From Cetorhinus maximus (Eukaryota): a stretch of DNA of 64,000 nucleotides. The notes under the pieces were generated by a model. The model ran no database searches, was not told the origin of the DNA, and saw only the letters and a program-made list of their open reading frames with translations. This document shows, piece after piece, positions 39,181 through 52,988 of the stretch (position 1 is its first letter; every line of letters starts with the position of its first letter). The stretch is taken from NCBI RefSeq assembly GCF_964194155.1, contig NC_135890.1:85064001-85128000 (forward strand), given 5' to 3'. The position numbers were made by a program, and so were the translations under genes.

Positions 39181-39774
39181 CCATCGTGTACCTGACCGCC
39201 TTTCAAACTACCTAGGATGGCTAAAACTGCAAATTAATTTATTCCAAGAAATAAATTCACATCAAAATGAAATAAGCAAAGCCAGAACAGCATATAACTA
39301 TTTACTTCTTGAACTGGAAATAACAATGCTCTCTGGAACCGAAAGTCTTCCATTTCAAAATCTTTACACAGAGCCATTTAATGACACAGTTGCATTCTTT
39401 TGCAACATAAAATTCTGTCTCAATGCCCAGGACATGGAAATACGATTAAATTGAATTAACTAAAAGTATCAGTGTTAACATTTTGAGACAATAATTATCT
39501 ACCATTCTTATATGTAAAAAACATATTTTATATATATACACATTATAAATAATAGTTTTTCAAAAGCTTGAATATTAACCAAAGAATCAATACAATCAAC
39601 ATGCTAATGAGTCACTTCCATTGCTAGAAATGTGTGTCTGCTTGGTCAGTGTCTGTGTACTCTTTTAAACCAAAGTCCAACACACAGACACAGGACAAAC
39701 AACCGACAAGAATTCCATTTTAAAATCGCAGGATGTTGTCCTTGCTACAATTCCATGTGAACAAGATATAATAT

Positions 39775-42103
39775 ATGGTGGAATTTTAATTCACTAAATA
39801 TCTGGAATTAAAAGTTAAATGATGACCATGAAACCATTGTCGGTTGTCGTAAATACCCATCTGGTTCACTAATGTCCTTTAGGGAAGGAAATCTGCCATT
39901 CTCACCTTGTGGGGCTTACATGTGACTCCAGATCCTCAGTAATGTGCCTTCTGAAATGGCCTAGAAAGCCACTCAGTTGTATCAAACTGCTAAAAAGTCA
40001 ATAAAAAGGAATGAAACCAGATGGACCACTGGCATCGACCTAGACACTGGAAACGACAACGGCAAACCCAGTCCTGTCGACTGTGCAAAGTCCTCCTTAC
40101 GAACATATAACCTCATGGCCCAGCATATTCCCCACCCTACCATTACCACCAAGCCAGGGGATCAACCCTGTATCAATAAAGAGGGCATGCAGGACAAGCA
40201 CCAGGCATACCTAAAAATGAGGTGTCAACCCAGTGAAGCTGCAACAGATGGACAGAGCTAAGCGATTCCACAACCAAAGGATCAAATCTAAGCTCTGCAG
40301 TCCTGCCACATCCATTCATGAATGGTATGGACAATTAAACTGCTCACTGGAGGAGGAGGCTTCACAAATATCCCCATCCACAATGATGGAGGGGCCCAGC
40401 ACATCAGTGCAAAAGAGAAGGCTGAAGCATTTGCAACAAACTTTAGCCAGAAGTGCCGAGTGGATGACCCATCTCGGCCTCCTCCAGAGGTCCCTAACGT
40501 CACAGATGCCAGTCGTCAGACAATTCGATTCACTCCACGTGATATCAAGAAATGGCTGAAGGCACTGGGTAATGCAAAGGCTATGGGTCCTGATAATATT
40601 CCAGAACTAGTGCTCCAGAGCTTGCCACACCACTGGCCAAGCTGGTCCAGTACAGCTACAACACATGCATCCACCCAGCAATGTGAAAAATTGCCCAGGT
40701 ATGTCTTGTATACAAAGAGCAGGGCAAATACCAACTTGGCTAATTACTGCTCCATCAGTCTACTCTCCATCATCAGTAAAGTGATGGAAGGGGTCATCAA
40801 CAGTGCTATCAAGCTGCACTTGCTTGGCAATCACCTGCTCACTGACGCTCAGTTTGGGGTCCGCCACGGCCACTCAGCTTCTGACCTCATTACAGCCTAG
40901 GTTCAAACATGGACACAAGAGCTGAACTCCAGAGATGAGGTGAGAGTGACTGCCCTTGACATCAAGGCAGCATCTGACCTAGTGGGCATCAAGGAACCCT
41001 AGCAAAACTGGAGACAATGTGAATCAGGGGGAAAACTCTCCGCTGGTTGGAGTCATACCTATCACAAAGGAAGATGGTTGTGGTTGTTGGAGGTCAATCA
41101 TCTCAGTTCAGGACATCATTGCAGGAGTTCTTCAGGGTAGTGTCCTAGGCGCAACCATCTTCAGCTGCTTCATCAATGACCTGCCTTCCATCATATGGTC
41201 AGAAGTGGGGATGTTCGCTGATGATTGCACAATGTTCAGCACTTTTCATGACTCCTCAGATACTGAAGCAGTCCATGTCCAAATGCAGAAAAACCTGGAC
41301 AATATCCAGGCTTGAACTGACAAGTGGCGAGTAACATTCGTGCCACACAAGTGCCAGGCAATGACCATCTCCAACAAGAGAGAATCCAACCATCACGCCT
41401 TGACATTCAATGACATTACCATCGCTGAATCCCCCACTATCAACATCCTGGGGATTACCATTGACCAGAAACTGAACTGGAGTAGCCACATAAATACTGT
41501 GGCTGCAAAAACAGTCAGAGGCTAGGAATCCTGTGGCGAGTAACTCACCTCCTGACTCCCCAAAGCCTGTCCACCATCTACAAGACATAAGTCAGGAGTG
41601 TGATGGAATACTCTCTGATTGCCTGGATGAGTGCAGCTCCAACAACAATCAAGAAGCTTGAAACCATCCAGGACAAAGCAGCCCACTTGATTGACACCCC
41701 TTCCACAAACATTCACTTCCTCCACCACCAACGCACAGTACCATATACAAGATGCACTGTAGAAACTCACCAAGCCTCCTTAGGCAGCATCTTCCAAACT
41801 CACGACCACTACCATCTAGAAGGACAAGGGTAGCAGATACATGGGAAAACCACTGCCTGGAAGTCCCCCTCCAAGCCACTCACCATCCTGACTTGGAAAT
41901 ATATAACCGTTTCTTCACTGTCGCTGGGGTCAAAATCCTGGAACTCCCTCCCTAACAGCACTGTAGATGTACCTACACCACAGGGACTACAGCGGTTCAA
42001 GAAGGCAGCTCACCACAACCTTCACAAAGGTGATTAGGGATGGGTAATAAATGCTGGTCTAGCCAATGATGCCCACAGCCCATAAAAATGAATGAAAAAA
42101 AAA
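39775..42103 (+). mobile_element. L2/Crack-like (CR1-group) LINE with SINE-like 5' body, endonuclease region deleted
   Basis: RT motifs NYCSISLLSIISKVME, AGVLQGSVLG, MFADDC; tail ttagggatgggtaataaatgctgg..atgaatgaaaaaaaaa. 39775-39960 matches the body of the SINE at 52648. Confidence 0.9.
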
Positions 42104-42407
42104 GGAATATTTTATGATTAATGCACAATTGGGACCTTGTCAATGACAAGTTAGATCTGAGAAAAAAAATGTAAGGAATCGAGAGAGTGAAAGTGCAGTA
42201 AAAGATTATGGAAAGAAGTGGTGGACAGACCATTGCTCAGGCCCTTATGCCTTTATTGTTCCCAAATTACACAAGTGAGCTGGATGCTTAAACCAAATAC
42301 AAATGTCAAGTAGGTGGAATTTGCAAAAACAGATGTTGCAACTAACAACTTGTAGAATTGCCAAAAATGTTAATGAGATTTAACATTCAAATATGAAATA
42401 TTGCAGG

Positions 42408-43420
42408 TGTTATGATCCTTGACCGGATCCCCAAGTCATTGGCAAGATTTGGTTAGGGATCAATAACCTTTTATTTAAAGTGGACAAAGTTTGAAATTCA
42501 AAACACTTGCAAATAGAGCAAAACCACAAGATTCCATAGTTTTTGAGCAAACAAAAATAAACACTACTATAGAAGGTCAGAAAGGTAAAACAATTTACAA
42601 TATCTATCTTATACTCTAACATTCAGGGTTAATGTGAGGTACATGTGAATTAACTAGCCAACTGTGGTCGAACACACCACACTACACAATAAATGGCAGA
42701 TGTGACCAGTGTCCATGGATTTCTCAACAACCCACCCAGACTTTAGTAACACTATGAGTCAACCAATCTCACGGAAACTGTTTCTCTCACAAGGGTTTCT
42801 AGTCTTCACCTTTGAAGATTTTGCCTTGGAATTCTCTCCAAAAGTCACTCCAGCTTGGATGGCTCCAATAACGGCCCACCTCGCAGGATTTCACTCTCGT
42901 CTTCTGAGATTCTGTTCCCCCGGATTCCCCGAGTATACACTTGGGCATCAACTCACAAGCACATTTTCAAATCTTCAGCTGTGCTGAGCAGAACACTGCT
43001 GCTCCGAAAGGGTACCTTTGCCCCAAAGGCCCACAGCACGGAGTCACCAACCTTCAGCTACTTTCTTCACTTAAAGTCTGTGTCCATAGCCTTCTCCTGT
43101 TTAGAGCCTGTTTCTCTGCTCCTTTCTTTTTAACTGAACTGGGACCTCTTTCTGTTCCTGTTCCCATTCTGGAACTTTTCTTTTGGGACCTCTCCGTGCC
43201 TCTCTCCCTGTCTCCTGCCTGGGACACTTGCCTGTGATGGCTCCCCACTCCTGTCCCAGTTTTCGCACCGTTTCCTTATGCACAAGTGCACTGGGCCTGA
43301 AAAAACAAAAATGCGGGTCTGCGCATGTGCAGCCTGCTCTCAGTCTATGCACGAGCAAAAGCTCCGAAGCGTTCCCGACCTCTCTGCTCTCCAACAAGAT
43401 ACGTGTTGGTTTCCTAACAC
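42408..43420 (-). mobile_element. Solo LTR-like element (related to 61390-62740 and 63180-63792)
   Basis: Starts tgttatgatcc and has ttcctaaca near the end. Shares ggccacagcacggagtcaccaaccttcag and gcgcatgtgcagcc with 63180-63792. TSD not resolved, and strand is inferred. Confidence 0.65.
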
Positions 43421-43493
43421 ATAACATCCTGACATGCGCACTGGTATAGAACAAGTGGACTTTAATTAGCTCAGAGATATTTAGAAAGAAACA

Positions 43494-43658
43494 GGGATAA
43501 CTTTAACTTTGGACAATGGTATAAGATGGAAGCCATATGATCAGCTGGCCTTTATACACCATGCCCAATTTTCCTTTGGAAAGTGGGGAGAGTTGTATAA
43601 TTGGCAGCCAGTCCTCCATCTGCAATTTTACAGCATCACCCAAAGTTAAATTTACCCC
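43494..43658. mobile_element. 165-bp MITE
   Basis: TIR gggataactttaactttgg / ccaaagttaaatttacccc (17/19 match). Confidence 0.7.
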
Positions 43659-44857
43659 ATCGTCTTTTCCTTTTCAAAGTTGAACTAATCTTTGGAACAT
43701 CCTGCAGATATGATAAGGTACAATATGAACGCCAACTTTCTTTTTCTTCCTATGCAATGTATCAAAATTATTTAAAAGAAACGGAACCCTGATATGCATA
43801 GCCACAAGTGTTTAGTTTACATAGATTATGACCAAGATTTACAATGGATTTTTCAGGCCATATTTACAATACTATGTTCTATTGTGGTCACCACATGACA
43901 AAAATGAAATATATGCTTTGGAAAGAATGAGAAGAGTATTATGAATGATCCCAAGCACAAAGTTCATAAGCTACAAGCAAAGGTTCGAGAAATTCACGTT
44001 CTGCCAAACGGGCTTTTCGATCTTCACTTTTTCTTTAATGTTCTTGTGGGAAATGTTATTTATTTTCCACTGGAAATTTTTGTCTCCTCATTTAAGATTA
44101 GAAGTTATAGGAATGTAATTCTCTACTAGCGTTTATTGTAAAATAGTGTCATGGTGCTGGTCTAGATTTCCAGCACCATAGGTTTATGGCACTCTAAATG
44201 TTACAAGAGTGCAGTACACAGCCTTCCTAAAATGATTTTGTAGTATAATTTTATTTGCAGTGGCACCATGTCTCAGAGTTGGGTGAGTATTAAGACAAAT
44301 TTTATTGTCACAGAATTCACTGAATTTCCTCAGCATCAGGTAGATATGAAATTAATCCTAGCTTCTGTGCCTCAATATAGGTTAAGTTAATTGAAAACAA
44401 AATTTAAAAAATCCATCATCTACGATGTATTTTCTGCCTTATTTCTATTTTTGAAATCATGAAAGTACTGACACCTAATTTGGAGCTAGTAAATACTGAT
44501 CAATCCTGAAACTGCAAAAAAATTATTGCTTGCTTCCATACCAATAAACAATAATATTCTAAGTTGAATAGGAGCTCAAAAAAGCAAAATGAAAATTGCA
44601 CATCATCCATTTAAGAATGCAGATATTACAGAATATTGCAGCAAAATCCAACAGGAAACTTAAGACGATTCAAGACATGAATTGGAACATAAATAAAGCA
44701 TAAAAAACAAGCATAAAGTGGAATCTAATTCATCATGTATAATATTGTACGCTCTAACCAATAATTTCAACATATTTTTACATTTACTAAATATTGTTAT
44801 AATTGCTGCCACATTTTTCAATAAAATTACTGTGGTAGAATTGAGAAAAAAAAATAC

Positions 44858-45079
44858 CTTATTGCCATGGCTCATTATCCAACCAAAACTTTTGACACCA
44901 CAGGCAATCCGATTAATAGATACATCCAGGCAGGTCACAGTATTTCCATAGATGGAGTGAAGTATCTTTGGCTCTGTATCATGGTTGAGTAAGTAAACAG
45001 TATCTTCAGCTGCTGCTACTATTGGTTGATTTTCATCTGTATTTACAGCAACACCTGGAACAAGCTGAAGGTAGCTAAC
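44858..45079 (-). CDS. FBXW8: FBXW8 coding exon, 222 bp
   Basis: Acceptor ttattttatag|GT and donor AAG|gtattt. 74 open codons VSYLQLVPGVAVNTDENQPIVAAAEDTVYLLNHDTEPKILHSIYGNTVTCLDVSINRIACGVKSFGWIMSHGNK, matching the FBXW8 VQYLEIVP...VTCLDVS...GW motifs. Phase 0/0. Confidence 0.94.
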
Positions 45080-47944
45080 CTATAAAATAATGGGATAAAA
45101 TTAATCTCAGCAGTTTTATGGATTACATGTTTTGACAGAGAAAAAAAATTGAAGTATCAATTAAACATGTTTGACATACATGGTAGTTACACTTTTTAGG
45201 AAGTGAATTAAACCCTCGCTTTTCACACAATGTAACCTCAATTATTCATGTTAATTATCTGCAAGAATAATGGAATAATGAGAGACTGGCAGGAGGTGGC
45301 CTTATTTCTACTCCACTCACCTCTCTGTTCTGCTCCCACCAGTGAGATCAGCTGGCATTGGAACAGCTTATCTGCCAACTCAAAGCATCCACACACACCA
45401 ACCTCAACAGACCCAAAAAAGCTGGCCTAAAAATATTACTCAAGCCTGAATGGCAGCTACAGAGGTGGGTACTAAAGGATGCATGCGGTCACCTCCAGCT
45501 ATCCTACTGGCAGTCTCCATTAAACTCAGCTTGCAGAGCTGTCGACTTAAAAATCAATAGAGCCTGCCTGTTCAAACTGCTTCCAATGCCACCAAGTGCA
45601 GCCTGTATTGAATATAACGATATTGACTTTGGCCTGCTCGTTTGGACTTATGACTGGTCCGGCAGCTGCAGTCATGAATGAGTACATGGGGGAGTTTTGA
45701 TGGCAGATCACCTATCCAGTGCCAGTAAATCTTGCCAGCAGAAACAGAGCAAAGGATGGGAGTGCTGCGACTGAGGCAGGATGCAACACATTCAAAATTT
45801 ACATTACCAATTTCCAATGTCTTTCTGAGGTAATCTTGGTTATGGCAGATAATTAAAGTTCCGCTGTATTACTCTTGTTTCTTTTCAAATGCAGTGAATA
45901 TTTCTTTTTTGACTTATCTAAACACTTTTTAAAAAATTAATAAACGAGTGAATGGTGTTCCTACAGACTCAGTCTGGCGCAAAGCCAGCATTATATTCTT
46001 ATTAGGTAATGAAACTGATATAATTCTTGGCAAGAAAATGATGTCATGGCAACCCAGCAGGTTTAAATGAGTGACCATGGTTAAATGATTCGAATAACTA
46101 ACACCTGTGAAATTCACGGTAATTAAAGGGATGTATGAGTGACTTCTATAATTAAATGAAATACTTCACCACTGGAGTTTAGTTCTCTTTAAAAACTACA
46201 GTGTATATCCCTCAGGGCCCACATTAATAAACATTTCACACATTGTTCAGTGGATGTTTTGTGTCTCTCCTTTCTCAACATATAATTAAATGCTAGCTTT
46301 GGTAAATGCCAAAAGCAATATAACTGATAGTGCCTGCTTTTATTGTACATCGATTTTAGCCAGTGCCTGCTTTTATTATACATTGATTTTAGCCAGTCTG
46401 CTGACTGTGCCAACTTGAAAAAGATAAATCAACAACTTTAAGGTGTTCTTGCTGTACAATCACTGTTAAATGTTCAGATTTTCTCAACACTTGCACTCAG
46501 CGCTTTAAGCAAAATGGCAGCTCAACACCAGGCTGTTTTCCAATGAACCAAAACGTGCAAACTTAGACAAGCTATAAATTGGATAGTGTGCCATGAAAGG
46601 AAGGAAAACTGGCATTTACACTGTGCCATCTACATCCTCAGGATGTCCCAAAGCACTTCACAATTAACCAGGTATTCTTAAAGTATCAGCACTGTTGTAA
46701 TGTAGGAAATCAATTAACCCTAATTACATTGAAATGCAGTAGTCATTATTTAGATTGTAGAATACCCATCATGTTCATTTGCCTACACTGAAAGCCAGTA
46801 AATAATACACTGTCAGCACTTAACATTTAGGTTAACAAATAATTTTGTAATTAAAGTTACACAGAAGTAGAAAGACACAGCAAGAAATAAATAGCATAAA
46901 GCTTGACTCATAATATATTAATTGTTTCAAACCAAAGAAAAATCCCAAAATGTTCATGTCTTTTTGATAGCTTCTAATAGGCATTACCTGGGAAAATAAT
47001 CCTGTATACAGCTCATGTTAGCCCCATTTTGTGGCTCAGTAAGTATGAAGCAGGGAACTGGGGGCTACAGGGTTGCTCCTCAATGATATGTCTACCTGTA
47101 GTTTGATCTTACAGTCGATCATTCCATGATTGAAAAATGCCAAACAAATGCTTTTCTATGGTGAGTCAGTTAAGATATTAATCCTTTCTAAAATATAAGC
47201 AGACAAGATGTCAAGAGTAAGTTCCTGGCCACCTGTTGTTTCTTTTTATTCTCATACCAGATAGCACTAAAAACAGATTTCTTCCAGCTCTTGCATACAT
47301 TTGAATGATTTTAAACGATGTACAGCCCAACCCTTCAGAAAAAAGCTCCCTTCATGGGAGCAATTTAGTATGCAATAAATGTATGTACATGCTAGATACT
47401 TCAACATTTATAGCAATTGGGTCTCCATCTGTGCATCATGTCCCCTCCCTCCTTCCTGAGAAGGAATGGTCTCCAGAATGGTGCTTCTGTCCTGCTTGTT
47501 GAATAACTGTAACCCAGACTGTGCAAGGCTCCTGGAGTTCTACCCCCTGTATCCCTTCAGTCTATTGTCAGCTGCTCATCAACATTGGGTTGTTGTCCGC
47601 CACTTCTGTTTTCTGCTGGAAGCCCCAGCCAAAAACTCCATTGGAGTTCTCCTTATTGATCACTGAAGTTATTTATTGCCTTATGCCCAAGTTCATTACT
47701 GCAGTCTATGGCTTCTCTCTTGACCGCTCTTAAACTCTTCCCAAAATTATTTATTGCCACTCACTGCCAAACAGCACTCTTTCCTTTAAGCCAAACTTAT
47801 TTATTCTAGTTTGTATCCATTCTTTCATATTATGTAATCCCGCCAGCATCTGTTACTCTGTACTGATCTCTTTCTGCATCTTCATTCAATATGCCATTTC
47901 TATCAATAATCAATTAGCACAGAATCAGAAATACTGTTCTTATA

Positions 47945-49330
47945 GTATCATAGAATGGTTGATTACAGCACAGGAGAAGGCTATTCAGTTCATTCTGTCA
48001 TGCCAACTCACTGCAAGAGAAACTCGGCTAGTCCCACTCCCCCAGCTTTTCCCCATAACTCTGTAAATTTCTTTGCTTTATGTAATTATCCAATTCTCTT
48101 TTGAAAGTCACAATTGAATCTGCCTCCACCAGACTCTCAGGCAGTGCATTCCAGATCCTAATTGCTCACTGCACAAAAAATGTTTCCTCATGTCACCTTT
48201 GCTTTTGTCATTAAATTACTGTCCTCTGATTCTCAATCCTTCTGCCAATGGGAAAGATTCTCCCCATTTACTCAGTTCAGTACCCTCATGATTTTGAACA
48301 CCTTTACCAGATCTCCTCTCAACCTTTTCTCTATGTAGAACAGCCCCAGCTTTTCCAATCTATCCACGAAACTGAAGTCCCTCAACCCTGAAACCATTCC
48401 CATAAATGGTTAACCGTAACCTGCTTGTTTTTGTACTTTATACCTCTATTTATAAAGCCCAGGATCTCATATGCCTTTATTAACCATTTTCTCAACTGGC
48501 CTTGCCACCTTCAATAATTTGAGCACATACACACCGAGATCCTTCTACCTTGCACCCCTTTAGAATGTTATCTTTCATTCAGAGAGAGAATCTTTCCACC
48601 TGTGGGAAAGACCATAACTAGAGGCTATCAATAAAGATAGTCACCAAGAAATCCAATAGGAAATTCACAAGAAACTTCTTTCCTCAAAGAGCGGTGAGAA
48701 TGTGGAAATCACTACCACAGGAGTGGTTGAAGCAAGTAGTATAGATGCATCTAAGGGGAAACTTAATCTGTTGGGGAAGGAAACAATTGATTCGCAAGGA
48801 GTTCAACTGGTAATTATCAGTTAACTAGCTAAGTACCCACTTGAACGTATAAAAGAGAAAACTTATGAGAGAGAAGGGATTGGAGTAATATGATGATAGA
48901 TTTAGAAGAAGAAAGATGGGAAGAGGCTCAAATGGAGCATAAATGCAGGCATGGAATGGTTGGGCCGAATAGCCTGTTTTGTGCCGGATATCTTTGTAAT
49001 CTTACGTAATACATATTGCTGCTCCTTGTTCTTCCGACTGAAATGTATCACTTCACACTTCAATTAATTTTCATGTGTCACATATCTGCCACTCCAACAG
49101 CTTGTTTATGCACTCTTAAAGTCACTATCCTTCTCAGTTCACAATTCTTCCAAGTTGTGTCATCCACATATCTTGAAATCGTGTTAAGGACATCCAAGTC
49201 TAGATCATTAATATAGATCATGATATAATATATGATCCTAATACTGACCCCTGAGGAAACCCACTAAATAGCTTCTTCCAGTCCAAAAAACAATCATTAA
49301 AAATCTTTCACATCTGTCAACCAACTTTCT
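47945..49330 (-). mobile_element. CR1 3' fragment interrupted by an opposite-strand CR1 3' end (about 48578-49012)
   Basis: Reverse CR1 tail at 47945 and reverse VPQGSVLG (cctaatactgacccctgaggaaac). The nested plus-strand piece ends ttgggccgaatagcctgttttgtgc. Confidence 0.8.
48765..48862 (+). mobile_element. Isolated U3 fragment of the Copia LTR, in inverted orientation
   Basis: aatc|tgttggggaaggaaacaattgattcgcaaggagttcaactggtaattatcagttaactagctaagtacccacttgaa is the reverse complement of about 49920-50026. Flanked by aaactta repeats. Confidence 0.9.
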
Positions 49331-50022
49331 TAATAACATAAGTCTTCTCTCTCCACCAACTGCTCCCCCCAATCCAACACTTATTCAACTACTGCTCTCT
49401 TCACATCATCAAATACTTCGAAGCGCCACTCATATACTTCTCTACAGCTGCCTAAACAACCCACTACCCTTACCACTCAAATCTGCCTACTCCCTATCCT
49501 ACAAAGTCACTCCCAACCCAAAATCCCTAGGTCTCCTCCCATACCTCATTCGCTTAAATTCAAACTCCTCATATCAAATTCTCCAATTAACACTACGAAA
49601 TATACAAAAGATTATCACTTACTTTGAATGCACTCTCCCCACTTACACTTAAATATCACAATTATTCCACCTTTTCAGATCACAATGCTACCAGTAATAC
49701 CACTTGCACGTGAGCAAGCACAATCTCTAAGCCATACTTCAGTTCCAGCACACTAATACGAATCACTCCCAGACCTACTGTCCAAACTGTCTCACATGAA
49801 CAAAAAGAGGCAGTTGATAAAATCACAATACCTGCTTGAAATATAGATAAAGACTAAGACTGGCTTCTTCAACAGAGTTTTATTTTTTGATCCATAAAAC
49901 TCTATAACTTGTCTCACCCGTTTTCTCTTTTATACATTTTATACATTCAAGTGGGTACTTAGCTAGTTAACTGAAAATTACCAGTTGAACTCCTTGCGAA
50001 TCAACTGTTTCCTTCCCTAACA

Positions 50023-50034
50023 GATTCCCCTCTT
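50023..50034 (-). other. Polypurine tract of the Copia element
   Basis: Minus strand AAGAGGGGAATC immediately precedes the 3' LTR TGTT. Confidence 0.85.
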
Positions 50035-52647
50035 GTTAAGGTGAAAGTAACTCTTAAGTATATATAATATATTTTCCCATTCAATAAATCCCCTTCTTAA
50101 AAAAATACATATATAGAAATGTCAACACAAAAAGAATGTTCCTTTTTTGTCTTCTCAAAAGGAAAAGACGTCCCTCTTTGAAGATCTCCAATAACTGTTC
50201 GGAGTTCGCTCCTCTTTTCATGAAGCAGTCGGACAATTGGTAGCTGCTATCAATCCATTTGATCTTGACAATCTCCTTATTCTCTAACATCTGTTTTAAG
50301 CTTGCAATGTCAATTCGCAATCTCTTTTTGTTAACACACTTTGTAGAATGAACATTTTTCCAAAGTGACGTATTATCAAAAAGATATTCTAAAGATACCT
50401 TCCCTGAATACCTTTTACCAGTTAAAATTTCTGCCAGCATCTTTGATATAAAGAATGCCATATCTACCGCCTCAACAAGAGTGGAGTCTCCGCCACCGGA
50501 GTACTTTTTACAACTCTTCCTATTTTTTTCACTTCCCATGCCAAAGGGCAACATTTACGTTTTTCCCACCCATGAGAAATATTATAAACCTTCCCACACT
50601 CGAAAATCCATCACGCAGATTTGCATAAGACACATCACTAAACACAATCAGTTTCATTTTTCTAAGATCACCCAGAGATGGGAATTTCAAAACACACTGC
50701 TCCATTTTTAATTTTGTCAATATTTTGTTTACTCAAATGATTTCTTCAACCTTGGGATCATTCATTTTAGTGGTCAATTCCAAGACATCAAAACTGACTT
50801 CTGGCCTTGTTTGTTTGCCCAATTAGACTTCTGAGTTCCCTTTTTTCTGTTTCAGAAGCTGCTGTATCTTTCTGGGAGGCCCTATCATGACTAATTGTAA
50901 TGGGATTGACATTCTCCAAGTAGGATTGCTGATGTAAAATGACATGTGATCCGCTCTGCCTGATTTCCAATCCCATGTATTTAAATGCACCAGAAACCTG
51001 ACTTCCAATTTTGAACTCCGTTCTGAGCCCATGAATGATAACCATTTCAAATTCACTACTACCATCCCACAAAATATTGTCTACAAGCACCACAAAGATG
51101 CCTGCATGTTTCCTTCCATGGTGGCGATTAAACATTGCCCGGTCTGCTTCCAACTGAAGACAGCCCAACTGAGACAAAACTGACTTCACTGAGAAATACC
51201 AAACTCTAGGGGCATCATTTAAACTGTATGCGCATTTATTTAGCTTCCAGAGTGTTCATTCTGCGTTTGGTGCCTCTTTCGGTGGGTGGAGAAAAACTTC
51301 TCTTTGAGGTTGGTGTCCCTGCAAAAAAGGCAACTTTAATATCAATTGACTTGCACTCCCAAACACTTGTAGCCAAGATCATCTTCAGAATAACTTTTCC
51401 TGCTGTAAGTGAATCCACTCTTATATCCTGGTCACTTCATTTTTCTTCAAAACCTTGGTGTCACTAACCTGGCTTTAGCTTTATAAGTCCCATCAGGAAG
51501 CACTTTTTCCATGCATATCCATCCATGAGATAGAGCTGGTTGTCCCCTATCTGGCACCTCTGTGTACACCCCAAATTCTTTCCAACTATGTAGATCTTGC
51601 TGTTTGGCATCCTTAATTAATTTATCGTCTAATTTGTTTGAAGCTACTAAGACTTCTCGATCACATGGACTTCTGTTCCTTGTAGCATTACTTGTCTGTG
51701 CCATATTCCTTGAACTTATTAAGCTACATCCTCTATCCCGCCCCGAACTGTTACTGCTTGGTCTCCCACCCTCTTACTTATAGATGTTATTTCAATCATT
51801 CGTGATCTCTTCCTAGAGTCATGTTCACTCCCAGACCCACTGTCCGAACTGACACTACGTTTCTGTGCCTTCCATTTTTGTACTTCGTGTTCCCAATCCA
51901 TAGGCCTAACCCTCCTGCCCTTTCTCTCGTACATTTAAGCAGATTTTATATTTTCCCGTGGCCTTCCCTGCTCTACCTACAATCGTTACATCCCCCCATT
52001 GGCTAGCCCCTTCTGATGAGTATGTACCTTTAGTACCAGTTTTTGGCAGTTGTCCTCTGGGGCAAATTGCCTCAGCCTGTTCATCCAAATTACTGTATCC
52101 ATCTTCAGAGACCCGGTCAACCTCAGCAACCTGGTCTTCACAATCATGCAACATATGGGTATGAGAAGTACATGGTTCCTCACCCTTCCTACAGCCCTTT
52201 ACAGACCCGCAAATTTGTAATCCGTGCCAAGTAACCTCGATGAGTGTACCCGAATAGTCTGGTTTCCATGCTGTAAAATGACTGTTTTACCATCTTTACC
52301 TATAACCTTGCCTGGGCCTTTTCACTTGTTAAGTCCTTCTCTTTTATAATATACCATGTCTCCCTGATTAAAAATAGTTTCCGATGGTCATACATTGTGT
52401 GTCTTAGAGCTTGCTGAATTCTTTCTGAAACTTCGGCTTTAAGGAACGCTCTTCTACCCGTATGTTCAAAATGTTTAAATGTTCAGAAAAGGTAGACCTA
52501 ATTGTAGTTCCCTCCCAAGCTGGGGGGTGGTCACTCAGAACTGAAGGAACTTGGGTTTCTACCAAAAACCAACTGATATGGACTATAGCCCCCTAACATC
52601 TGCAGTGAGTTCTTAGCATGGACAGCCCAAAACTCATTGTTAGCATT

Positions 52648-52988
52648 GGGGAGGCAGTGGCATAGTAGTATTGTCACTGGACGAGTAATCCAGAGACCCA
52701 TGGTAATGCTCTGTGGACTTGGGTTCAAATCCCACCACTGCAGATAGTGGAATTTTAATTCAATAAATAAAAAGTCTGATGATGACCATTGTTGATTGTC
52801 ATAAAAATCCATCTGGTTCACAAATATTCTTTAGGGAAGGAGATCTGCCGTCCTTATCGAGTCTGGCCTACATGTGACTCCAGGCCCATAGCAACGTGGT
52901 TGACTCTTAAATGCCCTCTAAACAAGGGCAATTAGGGATGGGCAAGTCAGTGACACCCGCATTCCATGAATGAATGATAAAAAAAAAT
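52648..52988 (+). mobile_element. tRNA-headed SINE inserted in the Copia integrase
   Basis: A box tggcatagtagt and B box ggttcaaatccc. Body matches 39775-39960, tail matches 42030-42103, ends atgaatgaatgataaaaaaaaa. Splits DNGGEF/ANNEF. Confidence 0.88.

Noticed and set aside
46329-46397. 33-bp tandem duplication (also 26530-26572, 34936-34972, 36664-36708, 61405-61443)
   Set aside because: Ordinary local slippage duplications with no further structure.
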